NCBI GenBank assembly: GCA_035490535.1
Contig: DATHCP010000003.1
Coordinates: forward strand, 4,467-68,466
Direction of reading: 5' to 3'
Source: Actinomycetota bacterium
Lineage (GTDB): Bacteria; Actinomycetota; UBA4738; HRBIN12
Length of the DNA stretch: 64,000 nt
Below, in pieces: positions 31,834 through 41,500 of this stretch. The position numbers were made by a program, and so were the translations under genes. The notes beneath the pieces are model-generated. The model ran no database searches. It saw nothing but the letters and a program-made list of their open reading frames with translations, and was not told the origin of the DNA. Each line of letters begins with the position of its first letter. Position 1 is the stretch's first letter.

Positions 31834-32300
31834 ACCGCCTGCAGCGCCTCCAAGGCGTTCGGCACCGTCGCCTCCGGCGTCACGCGGTACCAGGCTCGCG
31901 CGATCCGCCCCTCCTCGTTCACCAGGAACGACGAGCGGATGATGTCGGTCACGACCTCGCCGGTCGATCGCGTGCGCTCGCCCCACGTCCCGTAAGCGTC
32001 GGCGACCGCGTGGTCCTCGTCGGCGAGCAGCGGGAACCCGAGGTGGTACTTCTCGTCGAACGCGAGCTGCTTCGGCGGCGGGTCGGGCGAGATCCCCACG
32101 ACGTCGGCCCCGATGGAGGTGAACTCCTGCCGGTGGTCGCGGAGCGAGCACGACTGCGTCGTGCAGCCGGGGGTGTCGGCCTCGGGATAGAAGTAGATCA
32201 GCAGCTTGCGCCCGGCGAAGTCCTCCAACCGGACCGTCTCGCCATGCTGGTCCAGCAGCGAGAACGACGGGGCGGCATCGCCGGGTTCGAGGGTCGTCAC
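31830..32300 (-). CDS. bcp: Peroxiredoxin (Bcp-type thiol peroxidase)
   Basis: GTG start at 32300 with a CCTCGGGGG RBS. GDAAPSFSLLDQHG...YFYPEADTPGCTTQ contains the peroxidatic Cys in the TPGCT context. Confidence 0.8.
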   Translation of the reverse strand: MTTLEPGDAAPSFSLLDQHGETVRLEDFAGRKLLIYFYPEADTPGCTTQSCSLRDHRQEFTSIGADVVGISPDPPPKQLAFDEKYHLGFPLLADEDHAVADAYGTWGERTRSTGEVVTDIIRSSFLVNEEGRIARAWYRVTPEATVPNALEALQAV

Positions 32301-32351
32301 CCCCCGAGGGTAGCGCGTTAGGCTTCGAGCGCCCGAGGCGCGGAGGCCCGG

Positions 32352-35300
32352 ATGGTCTGCGGGAACTGCGGAACCGACAACGGCGAAGGCCGGAAGTTCT
32401 GCATGGAGTGCGGGGCGCCGTTGGCGCTCGGCTGCCCCGTCTGCGGCAGCCAGAATCCGCCCAGGAGCAAGTTCTGCGGCGAGTGTGGCTCGCCGATCGC
32501 CTCCGCGGAGGACGCGCCGGCGACCGCAGCCGCGGCGCGCCCGGCCGCCGAGCGCCGGCTCGTGACGGTTTTGTTCGCCGACCTCGTCGGCTCCACGCGC
32601 ATGGCCGAGGGCCGCGACCCGGAGGAGGTGCGCGACCTCCTCACCCGGTACTTCGACACCGCCCGCGACGTGATCGAACGCTACGGCGGCCTGGTCGAGA
32701 AGTTCATCGGCGACGCGGTGATGGCGGTCTGGGGCACCCCGACCGCGCACGAGGACGACGCGGAGCGCGCGGTGCGCGCGGCGCTCGAGCTGCTGGACGG
32801 CGTGGAGGCGCTCGGCGAGATGGTCGGCGTGGACCTGCGGGCCCGCGCCGGGGTCCTGACCGGCGAGGCCGCCACGATGATCGGCGCGGTCGACCAGGGG
32901 ATCGTGGCCGGCGACCTGGTCAACACCGCATCCCGCCTGCAGTCCGCGGCCGAGCCCGGCACCGTCCTGGTCGGCGACGCGACGTTCCAAGCGGCCGGGA
33001 AGGCGATCACGTTCGAACGGATCGGCGACCTCGCGCTGAAGGGGAAGGAAGCGCCGGTCCCCGCGTGGCGTGCGCTCCGGATCGTCGGCGAACGCGGCGG
33101 GGTCAACCGGACCGAAGCGATCGAGCCGCCGTTCGTCGGCCGCACGGAGGAGCTCCGGTTGATCAAGGAGCTGTTGCGTGTCACCGGCACGGAGCGGAAG
33201 GCGAGGCTCGTCTCGGTCGTCGGGATCGGCGGGATCGGCAAGTCACGCCTCGCGTGGGAGTTCGAGAAGTACGCCGACGGGCTCGTGGAGGAGCTGTACT
33301 GGCACCGCGGCCGCTGCCCCGCCTATGGCGACGGCGTCACGTTCTGGGCGCTCGGCGAGATGGTGCGCATGCGTGCCCGGATCGCCGAGACCGACGACCC
33401 GGCCGCCGCCTCACGCGCGCTGGCCACCTCGGTGGCCGACCTGATCGCCGATCCCGAGGAGCGCCGCTGGATCGAGCCGCGCCTCGCGCACCTCCTCGGC
33501 CTCGAGCCCGCGCCGCCGGGCGATCGCGCCGAGCTGTTCGCCGCGTGGCGCACGTTCTTCGAGCGCATCGCCGAGCGCGGCACCACGGTGCTGGTCTTCG
33601 AGGATCTCCAGTGGGCCGACGCCGGGATGCTCGACTTCATCGAGTCGATGATCGAGTGGTCCCGGAACCTGCCGATCCTGATCGTGACGCTCGCCCGGCC
33701 CGAGCTGGCCGAACGCCGGCCCACGTGGGGCGCCGGCTCGCGCAGCCTCACCGCCTTGCACCTGGAGCCCTTGCCGGACGCAGCGATGACCCAGCTGGTC
33801 ACCGGCTTCGTCCGCGACCTTCCCGCCGAGAGCGTCGAACGGATCGTCACGCGCGCCGAGGGCGTCCCGATGTACGCGGTCGAGACCGTTCGGATGCTGG
33901 CCGACCGCGGCGTCCTGCACGCGGCCGAGGGAGCGTACGAGCCGGTGGGTGAGGTGGGTGAGCTCGACATCCCGCCCACCCTGCACGCGCTGATCGCCGC
34001 GCGCCTCGACGGGCTGGCGCCGGAGGATCGCGGCCTGCTCCAGGACGCGAGCGTGCTCGGGAAGAGCTTCACGCTCGACGGGCTCGCCGCGATCGCGGGG
34101 CTCGCGGCTCCGGAGCTGGAGCCGAGGCTCCGGGAGCTGACGCGGAAGGAGTTCCTGGAGTTGGACGCCGACCCACGCTCGCCCGAGCGTGGGATGTACA
34201 CGTTCACCCAGTCGATGATCCGCGAGGTCGCCTACGCGACGCTCGCGCGCGCCGACCGGCGCGCCCGCCACCTCGCCGCGGCCCATCACCTCGAGTCCCT
34301 CGGGGACGAGGAGCTGGCGGCGGTGGTCGCGACGCACTACGTCGAGGCCTACCGGGAATCGCCGGCGGGGCCGGAGGCCGACGCTCTGGCCGCCCGCGCC
34401 CGCGACTGGCTCTCGCAGGCCGCCGAACGTGCGACGTCCCTGGGCTCGCCCGAGCAGGCCCTCGCGTACGCGGAGATCGCGCTCGACGTCACTCCGGCGG
34501 GCACCGAGCGGGCAGCGATCCTCGAGGTCGCCGGCCGCGCGGCGGTGCACGCGGCCGAGTTCCCTCGCGCCGTTGCGTTCCTCGAGGAGGCGATCGCCAT
34601 CCTCGGCGGGATCGGGGACCTCGAGTCGGTCGCGCGTGTGACGGCCCGCCTGTGGCGCGCGCTCGCACCCCAGAACCGCCGGATCGAAGGCGCCGAGCGG
34701 ATGGAGGCCGCGCTGGCCGACCTCGGGGATGAGGGCCACGAGGAGGTCCGCGCCAAGGTCTACGCGTCGCTTGCCAGCGCGTACGTGATCACCGACGCCG
34801 CCGAGGTCGCGATCGGATGGGCGGAGCGCGCCCTGGAACTCGCCGAGCGGAACCACCTCACCGAGACGTTGGTCGAGGCGCTCGGCGCGAAGTCGCTCGG
34901 GCTGTTCAACCTGGGCCGGCATCGCGAGGCGACGATCCTGGCGCGCGGGACGCTGCAACTCGCAGAGGAGATCGGGAGCATCCGGATCGCGGGCGAGGCG
35001 TTCATGGGGATCGCGGTCTACGGCTCCGAGGACGACCCGATCGGCTCGCTCCACGCCTTCGAGGAAGCGGCCGACATGGCGCGGCGTGCCGGTGACCGTC
35101 CGCTCGAACTGGTGACGCTTCCGAACCTCGCCGAGTCCGCGATCGAGCTCGGGCACTGGCCCGAGGCGGAGGACGCGATCGCGCGCCTCGACGGCAGGGA
35201 GCTCACCCCGATGACCAGGGACAGCGTCGTGTGTTGCGAGGCGTCGCTGCTCGCGCATCGCGGCGAACCGGATCGGGCGCTCACGCGCCTGGAGAGCGTG

Positions 35301-35843
35301 CGGGTCGAGGTCGAGGCGACCGAGATGGTGCCGCTCCGCGCGTGGTTCTTGCGCGTGCGCTCGGCCGTGCTGCTCCTGCACGGCGATCTGGACGCGGCGT
35401 ACGACGAGGCGATGGGCGCCGTGGCGCTCGATCCTGCCGGGATGAATACGCCGCTCGCAACGCGAGAGGCGTCCCGTGCCGCCGTGTGGGCGCGCGACGC
35501 CGAGCGCGTGCGCCGGGCGATCGCCGCGGTGGGCGTGCTGGGCGGCCGTTGGATCGACGCGGTGCGCCTGACGGCGACCGCCGGCCTCGCCGCGATCGAG
35601 GGGCGGCGGATCGACGCGGTGGCCGGCTACGGACGCGCGATCGACGCGTGGCGCGACCTGAACTGTTCGTTCGACCTGGCCTGCTGCGCGATCGACATGG
35701 CGGCGGTGCTCCCCGGAGAGCCGCTGACGGAGGAGACGCTCGCGGACGCGACCGCCTACCTTCGCGATATCGGCGCCGTCGCGCTCTTGGAGCGGCTGGC
35801 GGCGTTCACCCGCGAGGGCGAGGCCGCATCGACGACGGCCTGA
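32352..35843 (+). CDS. Double-zinc-ribbon / class III adenylate-guanylate cyclase / AAA-ATPase / TPR-like multidomain (STAND-type) protein
   Basis: 1163 aa. The N-terminal region is CGNCG...CMECG...CPVCG...CGECG (double Zn ribbon). The cyclase domain shows VLFADLVGST, FIGDAVMAVWG and LVNTASRLQ, so the metal Asp residues and the Asn/Arg are present. The P-loop is VVGIGGIGKSRL, and a long helical-repeat C-terminus follows. There is no HTH. Confidence 0.85.
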   Translation: MVCGNCGTDNGEGRKFCMECGAPLALGCPVCGSQNPPRSKFCGECGSPIASAEDAPATAAAARPAAERRLVTVLFADLVGSTRMAEGRDPEEVRDLLTRYFDTARDVIERYGGLVEKFIGDAVMAVWGTPTAHEDDAERAVRAALELLDGVEALGEMVGVDLRARAGVLTGEAATMIGAVDQGIVAGDLVNTASRLQSAAEPGTVLVGDATFQAAGKAITFERIGDLALKGKEAPVPAWRALRIVGERGGVNRTEAIEPPFVGRTEELRLIKELLRVTGTERKARLVSVVGIGGIGKSRLAWEFEKYADGLVEELYWHRGRCPAYGDGVTFWALGEMVRMRARIAETDDPAAASRALATSVADLIADPEERRWIEPRLAHLLGLEPAPPGDRAELFAAWRTFFERIAERGTTVLVFEDLQWADAGMLDFIESMIEWSRNLPILIVTLARPELAERRPTWGAGSRSLTALHLEPLPDAAMTQLVTGFVRDLPAESVERIVTRAEGVPMYAVETVRMLADRGVLHAAEGAYEPVGEVGELDIPPTLHALIAARLDGLAPEDRGLLQDASVLGKSFTLDGLAAIAGLAAPELEPRLRELTRKEFLELDADPRSPERGMYTFTQSMIREVAYATLARADRRARHLAAAHHLESLGDEELAAVVATHYVEAYRESPAGPEADALAARARDWLSQAAERATSLGSPEQALAYAEIALDVTPAGTERAAILEVAGRAAVHAAEFPRAVAFLEEAIAILGGIGDLESVARVTARLWRALAPQNRRIEGAERMEAALADLGDEGHEEVRAKVYASLASAYVITDAAEVAIGWAERALELAERNHLTETLVEALGAKSLGLFNLGRHREATILARGTLQLAEEIGSIRIAGEAFMGIAVYGSEDDPIGSLHAFEEAADMARRAGDRPLELVTLPNLAESAIELGHWPEAEDAIARLDGRELTPMTRDSVVCCEASLLAHRGEPDRALTRLESVRVEVEATEMVPLRAWFLRVRSAVLLLHGDLDAAYDEAMGAVALDPAGMNTPLATREASRAAVWARDAERVRRAIAAVGVLGGRWIDAVRLTATAGLAAIEGRRIDAVAGYGRAIDAWRDLNCSFDLACCAIDMAAVLPGEPLTEETLADATAYLRDIGAVALLERLAAFTREGEAASTTA

Positions 35844-35846
35844 GCG

Positions 35847-36467
35847 TCAGAACGTGATGCTCCTCGCGATCACCGTGTCGACCTGGTCCGGCTGGTCCGT
35901 GAACGACACGGACATCCGGCAGTCGAAGACCTTGTTCACGCCGCGGATCAGGTTCCACAGCTCGAACGTGATCGCCTGCCTCGCGTGCGCGGCCAGGCGC
36001 ACGTTCCACGCCCAGGTCGCGTACGGCTCCTTGGTGATCACGTTGTAGTGGTGCCACTCCGACACCTTCCAGGTGCCGATCAGCACCTCACGGATCCGCC
36101 ACCGGTTCCGCATGTTCAGCGGCACCCCGCAGCCCTGCACATGCAAGGTCTGGTCCTGGTCGCTGTCGTTCTGCAGCATCACCCAGAAGCGGATGTCGGT
36201 CCCTTCATCCATCAAGCCCGTCGCGGTCTGATGGGAGCCACTCGTGTTGTAGACGTTGTTGCCCTTGTACGGCGTCGGGAGGTACGGCTTCTTGTTGAAG
36301 GCGCAGCCGTGGTCGAAGCCGCACAGGCGCACCCACGCGTCCGCCCGTGCCTGCACCGGAGGCAGGGCGGCGGCACGCGCCGCCGAGCGCGCCCCCGCCG
36401 CGGGCGAGAACGCCGCGATCGAGGTCACCACCATCAGGAACACCACCAGCGGGAGGGAACGCTTCAT
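35847..36467 (-). CDS. Secreted Cys-containing hypothetical protein in a low-GC (about 58%) gene
   Basis: 206 aa. It has a signal peptide (MKRSLPLVVFLMVVTSIAAFSPAAGA), five Cys residues and many Trp/Asn/Gln residues. The base composition is clearly AT-richer than the flanking DNA. No known domain recognised. Confidence 0.5.
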   Translation of the reverse strand: MKRSLPLVVFLMVVTSIAAFSPAAGARSAARAAALPPVQARADAWVRLCGFDHGCAFNKKPYLPTPYKGNNVYNTSGSHQTATGLMDEGTDIRFWVMLQNDSDQDQTLHVQGCGVPLNMRNRWRIREVLIGTWKVSEWHHYNVITKEPYATWAWNVRLAAHARQAITFELWNLIRGVNKVFDCRMSVSFTDQPDQVDTVIARSITF

Positions 36468-36505
36468 CGTCGGGCCACCTTCGGGGGTCGGGGGTGTGTT
36501 CGGCC

Positions 36506-37075
36506 TTAGGTATCGGTCGGGATCGGGGCGTGCCTGAATCCGCGCTCGTCCCGGGTGAGCTCGTACCGTACCGCGGATCGGCCCCCGCCCCGCGGGATCC
36601 GCTCCACGAGCCGGAGCCCGACCTTCTCCGCCACGCGGATCGATGCGGCGTTCGCGGCGCTCGCGTAGATCCGCACGACCTCGGCCGCGAGCGCGTCGAA
36701 GCCGTACTCCGTCAGCGCCGCAACGGCTTCGGTCGCGTAGCCGAGGCCCTGGAACGCCGGGGAGATCGTGTAGCCGAGCTTCAGCACCTCGGGCTCCGCC
36801 TCGCCGACGCTCAACCCCACGTCTCCGATCAGTTCCTCGTCCTCGCGGCGGATCGCGGACAGCTGCACCCAGCCGCCCGGCTCCCCCGGAGCCCGGCCGG
36901 CCATCTCCTCGATCTCGGCCCGGACGCCCTCGACGTCGGTCCGGTCCCAGCCCTGGTGGCGGTGGACGACGGGATCGCTGCGGTACGCGGAGATCGTCGG
37001 CGCGTCCTCGGGCAGGGAGCGCCGCAGGACGAGCCGCTCGGTTCCGAGCGCGGCGAAACCCGTGTCCACGCGCAT
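36506..37075 (-). CDS. GNAT family N-acetyltransferase
   Basis: Start at the ATG at 37075 (MRVDTGFAALGTERLVLR). LVLRR and the acetyl-CoA site QGLGYATEAV (Q/RxxGxG/A) indicate a RimJ/RimL-like GNAT. Confidence 0.75.
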   Translation of the reverse strand: MRVDTGFAALGTERLVLRRSLPEDAPTISAYRSDPVVHRHQGWDRTDVEGVRAEIEEMAGRAPGEPGGWVQLSAIRREDEELIGDVGLSVGEAEPEVLKLGYTISPAFQGLGYATEAVAALTEYGFDALAAEVVRIYASAANAASIRVAEKVGLRLVERIPRGGGRSAVRYELTRDERGFRHAPIPTDT

Positions 37076-37129
37076 CCCCGAAGGGTACCCGGGCCGACGG
37101 CCCGGCCCGGATCCGGGGTAGCCTCGCGC

Positions 37130-37972
37130 ATGCCGTCGCACCGCCTGGCCGTCGTCGGGCACATCGAGTGGATCCGGTTCGCGCGCGTGCCGGCCGTGCC
37201 GGAGGCCGGCGGGATCGTGCACGCGAGCGAGACCTGGGAGGGCGCCGGCGGCGGGGGCGGCGTCGCCGCGGTGCAGCTCGCCAAGCTCGCCGGCTCGAGC
37301 TTGTTCCTGTCGGCGCTCGGCGACGACCGGACGGCCGACGAGGCCCGCGCCGACCTCGCGACCAAGAGCGTCGAGCTCCACGCGGCGACGCGGCCGGAGC
37401 CGACCCGGACCGCGCTCACGATGATCGACGACCGCCACGAGCGGACGATCGTGACGCTCGGCGACCGGCTGCATCCGCTCGAGGACGATCCCCTGCCGTG
37501 GGATCGACTGGCCGAGGTCGACGGCGTGCTCTTCACGGCCGGCGACGCCGGCGTGGTTCGCCGCGCACGCCGTGCCCGCGTGCTGGTCGCGACGAGCCGG
37601 GCCCTCGACGTGCTGGCCGAGGCCGACGTGCCGATCGATGCGATCGTCGGCAGCGCTGTCGACCCCGCCGAACGCTACGACCGCGGCGACCTGCCGATCG
37701 AGCCGGGCGTCGTCGTGCGCACCGAGGGCTCGAGCGGCGGCACCTGGGAGACCACGGACGGGCGGACCGGGCGCTACGCGCCGGTACCGCCGCCCGGACC
37801 GATCGTCGACACGTACGGCGCCGGCGACAGCTTCGAGGCGGGGCTGACCTACGGGCTGGCGATCGGTTTGGACGTCGCGGACGCGGTCGTGCTCGCGACC
37901 CGCTGCGGCGCGTACGCGGTCAGCGGGCGCGGCCCCACCGGCGGCCAGCTCCGCGCGGCCGACCTCGACTGA
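37130..37972 (+). CDS. PfkB family carbohydrate/nucleoside kinase (ribokinase-like)
   Basis: Start at the ATG at 37130. The N-terminal region is AVVGHIEW, a Gly-rich stretch GAGGGGG is present, and the C-terminal PfkB signature is DTYGAGDSF (DTxGAGD). Confidence 0.8.
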   Translation: MPSHRLAVVGHIEWIRFARVPAVPEAGGIVHASETWEGAGGGGGVAAVQLAKLAGSSLFLSALGDDRTADEARADLATKSVELHAATRPEPTRTALTMIDDRHERTIVTLGDRLHPLEDDPLPWDRLAEVDGVLFTAGDAGVVRRARRARVLVATSRALDVLAEADVPIDAIVGSAVDPAERYDRGDLPIEPGVVVRTEGSSGGTWETTDGRTGRYAPVPPPGPIVDTYGAGDSFEAGLTYGLAIGLDVADAVVLATRCGAYAVSGRGPTGGQLRAADLD

Positions 37973-38064
37973 AGGCAGGACCCCCTGCCTGCCGATGTCA
38001 CGTTCGTATGGTGAGATCGCCGCGTCCCTCGCACCCTTCCACGAGCCGGTGGTACAAGGGGTTC

Positions 38065-39132
38065 GTGGGATCACGCTTGCGGATCTCGGTCCTCAGCGTC
38101 GTCGTGGCCGTGGCGCTCGTGCTCGGCCTGATCGGCGTCACGCGCGGCCGCGCGGACGCGACGCCTGCGCTCCAGCCCGTGGGAGCGCAGGAGTTGCTCG
38201 CCTCGGCGATCAACGCGTCCGCGCGGCCGTTCACGATCTCCGGCTCGGTGACCAGCACGGTCGACGTGGGACTGCCGTCCCTCCCGGCCGGGCTCGGCGG
38301 CGGCGCCACCGGCCCTGCCGCGATGCTGCTCGGCACCCAGGACTACCGCGTGTGGCGCTCGCCCGACGGCGTCCGCCTGGCGCATCTGACCGACCTGGGC
38401 GAGCAGGTCGCGGTGGCCAACGCGACCGACGCCTGGTTCTGGGATTCGAACGCCATGCGCGCCGTGCACCTGGCGGCGCCCACGGCGTCCTCCGGCGGCG
38501 ACCACCCCGCCTGGTTCGCGCCGATCCTCGGCGGCACCGGCGCGACCGGCGCGCCGAAGCTCGATCCCTCCACGCTCGCGAGCGTCGCGTTGCTGGGTCT
38601 GGCGCCGTACGCGGACGTCTCCGTGGGCACCACCGCCGTCGTCGCCGGCCGCCCCGTCTACGACCTGATCCTCACGCCGACCGCACCGGACACGCTGATC
38701 GGCCGGATCACGGTGTCGATCGACGCCGCGAACCGACTGCCCCTCCAGCTCGCGATCACCCCGAAGGGTGCCGACGCCCCGGCGGTACGGATCGGGTTCA
38801 CGTCGGTTTCGTTCGATCCGATCGACCCGTCGATGTTCGACTTCGTGCCGCCGCCCGGCGCGACGGTCGTGGAGCCTTCGCCGTCGAGCCACGCCGGACG
38901 GACGGAAGGACACCTGGACGGCCATCCGCAGACGGTCGTGTTCGGCTCAGGGTTCGGCACGCGGATCGCCGTCAAGCTCACGCGGCCGCTCCCGGCCGAG
39001 GCCGGCGCCCTGCTTCCGTTCGGTGGTCCGCTGTTCTCCGTGATGACCACCCGCGCCGGGGGCGCGACGTGGCTCCTGGCGGGACCGGTCGGGCTGGACA
39101 CGCTGCGCGAGGACGCCACGAAGCTCCCGTGA
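38065..39132 (+). CDS. Secreted LolA/RseB-like (DUF-type) protein preceding an ABC ATPase
   Basis: GTG start at 38065 after AAGGGG, giving the signal peptide GSRLRISVLSVVVAVALVLGLIGVTRGRADA. An alternative ATG exists at 38008. The protein is about 350 aa, beta-rich and Ala/Thr/Gly-rich. The domain assignment is tentative. Its stop overlaps the ATPase start (GTGA). Confidence 0.5.
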   Translation: MGSRLRISVLSVVVAVALVLGLIGVTRGRADATPALQPVGAQELLASAINASARPFTISGSVTSTVDVGLPSLPAGLGGGATGPAAMLLGTQDYRVWRSPDGVRLAHLTDLGEQVAVANATDAWFWDSNAMRAVHLAAPTASSGGDHPAWFAPILGGTGATGAPKLDPSTLASVALLGLAPYADVSVGTTAVVAGRPVYDLILTPTAPDTLIGRITVSIDAANRLPLQLAITPKGADAPAVRIGFTSVSFDPIDPSMFDFVPPPGATVVEPSPSSHAGRTEGHLDGHPQTVVFGSGFGTRIAVKLTRPLPAEAGALLPFGGPLFSVMTTRAGGATWLLAGPVGLDTLREDATKLP

Positions 39133-40076
39133 CCGCCGCGATCGTCGCGCGCGGCCTCTCGAAGCGCTACGGCGAACTCGCCGCGGTCGACCACCTGGAC
39201 CTCACGGTCGAGCCCGGGCAGCTCTTCGGCTTCCTGGGCCCCAACGGCGCCGGCAAGACCACCACGATCCGGATGGCGCTCGGGCTGATCCTGCCGACCG
39301 AGGGCGAGGTCGACCTGCTGGGCGAGCGGGTCGGGCCGGCGCATGCCCCGCTCGAACGCGTGGGCGCGCTCGTCGAAGAGCCCGCCTTCTGGAAGTACCT
39401 GAGCGGCCGGAAGAACCTGGAGTACTTCGCGCGAGCGGGCGCGGGCACCGATCGCGCCGGTTCGCGCGCGCGTCTGGAGCGCGTCGATCACGTGCTCGCG
39501 ACGGTCGGGCTGCTCGAGGCGGCCGACAAGAGGGTGAAGGCCTACAGCCAGGGGATGCGGCAGCGCCTCGGGATCGCCCTGGCCCTGCTCGGCGAGCCCG
39601 AGCTGCTGGTCCTGGACGAGCCCACGAACGGCCTCGATCCGAGCGGGATGCGCGAGATCCGGCTGCTGCTGCGCGCGCTTGCCGACCAGGGCACGACGAT
39701 CTTCGTCTCGAGCCACCTGCTGGCCGAGGTCGAGGCGATGTGCGACCGCGTCGGCGTGATGGCGCACGGCCGCCTGGTGGCCGAGGGCTCACCGGGCTCG
39801 CTGGGCGGCGGCGCCGACCGGGTGCGCATCGAGGTCGACGACGCCGCGGCGGCCCTTCGCGTCGGCGCCGGTCTGAACGGTGTGCAGCTGGAGGGGATCG
39901 GCGCGGGTCCCGGTTCCGGCACGATCACCGCGACGTTCGCCGACGGAATCGGCCCGGCCGACCTGAACGCGGCGTTCGTCCGGGCCGGGATCCGCGTCCA
40001 CGCGTTGATCCCCGTGCGCGAGAGCCTCGAGGACGTGTTCCTGCACCTCGTGGAGGGCGAAGATGTACCGCGTTGA
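39129..40076 (+). CDS. ABC transporter ATP-binding protein (ABC-2/exporter type)
   Basis: Walker A is GPNGAGKTT, the signature is YSQGMRQRL and Walker B is LLVLDEPTNGLD. Confidence 0.85.
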   Translation: MTAAIVARGLSKRYGELAAVDHLDLTVEPGQLFGFLGPNGAGKTTTIRMALGLILPTEGEVDLLGERVGPAHAPLERVGALVEEPAFWKYLSGRKNLEYFARAGAGTDRAGSRARLERVDHVLATVGLLEAADKRVKAYSQGMRQRLGIALALLGEPELLVLDEPTNGLDPSGMREIRLLLRALADQGTTIFVSSHLLAEVEAMCDRVGVMAHGRLVAEGSPGSLGGGADRVRIEVDDAAAALRVGAGLNGVQLEGIGAGPGSGTITATFADGIGPADLNAAFVRAGIRVHALIPVRESLEDVFLHLVEGEDVPR

Positions 40077-40869
40077 GCTCGCGAAGGCGCTCCATCGCTG
40101 GCGCACCTGGCTGCTCGCCGCGGCGATCGCCGGGATCCCGTTCGTGATCGTGCTGGCGATCAAGGCGAACCCCCCCACGCCGCAAGACTCACAGGACGCG
40201 CCACCGTTCCTGCTCCAGGTCTCGACCAGCGGGATGTACGCGGCGCTGACCGGCCTCGCCGTGGTCCAGCCCTTCTTCCTGCCGCTCGCGACCGGGTTGT
40301 TCGCCGGCGACGCGATCGCCGGCGAGTCCCAGGCCGGGACGCTGCGGTACCTCCTCCTCCGTCCGGTCCGACGCACGCGGCTGGTCGTGGCGAAGTACAC
40401 GTCGGCGATGACGCTCCTCGGCTTCCTCGTCGTGGCCACGATCGCGAGTGGCCTGATCTGGGGCGCGATCGTGTTCGGGCTGCATCCGATGCCGACGCTC
40501 TCGGGCACGACGCTGTCGGTGCTCGAGGGGCTCGGGCGGATCGCCGCTTCCGGTGCCTACATGGTCCTGGCGATGTCGGGCATCGCGTGCATCGGCGTGT
40601 GCATCTCCACCCGCACCGACTCCGGCCCGGGCGCCGCGGTCGCCACGATCGTGATCGCGATCGCCAGTCAGATCATGGGGCAGATCCCGAGCCTGCACGC
40701 GGTCCACCCGTACCTGCCCACGAACGGCTGGCTCGCGTTCATCGGCTTCTTCCGCTTCCCGGTCGACTGGAGCGGGATGCGCGAAGGCCTGCTGGTCAGC
40801 GCGGCGTACTCCACGGTCTTCCTGAGCCTCGCGATCTCGGGGTTCCGTCGCCGCGATGTCACGTCCTAG
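40063..40869 (+). CDS. ABC-2 family transporter permease
   Basis: 268 aa with six predicted TM helices. Its start overlaps the ATPase stop by 14 nt. Confidence 0.7.
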   Translation: MYRVELAKALHRWRTWLLAAAIAGIPFVIVLAIKANPPTPQDSQDAPPFLLQVSTSGMYAALTGLAVVQPFFLPLATGLFAGDAIAGESQAGTLRYLLLRPVRRTRLVVAKYTSAMTLLGFLVVATIASGLIWGAIVFGLHPMPTLSGTTLSVLEGLGRIAASGAYMVLAMSGIACIGVCISTRTDSGPGAAVATIVIAIASQIMGQIPSLHAVHPYLPTNGWLAFIGFFRFPVDWSGMREGLLVSAAYSTVFLSLAISGFRRRDVTS

Positions 40870-40930
40870 CCGGGAGCGCTGCATCGCAGCTCGGCTTGTA
40901 CGGTTGCGCCCGGAGGCATAGCCTCCGGTC

Positions 40931-41500
40931 ATGGTCGCGACCGTCGAGCAGCGAACCATCGCCGGCTCGCACCGCCGGCGAGGGAGGGTGCTGCTCGCGG
41001 TCGCGGCCATCGTGCTCGCCGCCGCGTTCGTCGGCGCCGAGATCTTCCTGACCACGACGTATCAACCGTTGAACGCGCCGGCCGGCGGTCATACCGACAC
41101 GACCTATCGACAGGGAGCGCCGTTCTCGTACGCGTTCACCGTGTGGAACACCGGGCGCGTTCCGGTGACGATCACCGGCGTCGACCAGGGACCAACCCGG
41201 TTCTTCAGCCTGTACCGCGTCGACCAGATGCTGGTCTCTCCCCCGAACTCCTTCGGGTCGATCACGGGACCGGCCCCCGACTTCACACCGTTCCAGGGGT
41301 TCACGCTGCAACCCGGCGAGGCTCGAAGCATCCTGATCCGGGCCACCTTCCACGGATGCCGCCACTACGCGCACGACACCGCGATCACGGTCGAACAGCA
41401 ACGCCTGACCTTCCGGACGTTCGGCGCCTCGCGCACGGTGTGGTTCCCGATCCCTCATTTCACGATCCGTTCGCCGAACGTCTGTCCGGGAAGAGCATGA
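40931..41500 (+). CDS. Membrane-anchored hypothetical protein, paralog A (N-terminal TM helix plus beta-rich extracytoplasmic domain ending CPGR)
   Basis: 189 aa with one TM helix (LLAVAAIVLAAAFVGAEIF). It shares conserved blocks with the next gene: VTITGxDxGP, FTLQPGEARSILI, ATFxxC and a C-terminal PxxCPGR. Confidence 0.55.
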   Translation: MVATVEQRTIAGSHRRRGRVLLAVAAIVLAAAFVGAEIFLTTTYQPLNAPAGGHTDTTYRQGAPFSYAFTVWNTGRVPVTITGVDQGPTRFFSLYRVDQMLVSPPNSFGSITGPAPDFTPFQGFTLQPGEARSILIRATFHGCRHYAHDTAITVEQQRLTFRTFGASRTVWFPIPHFTIRSPNVCPGRA

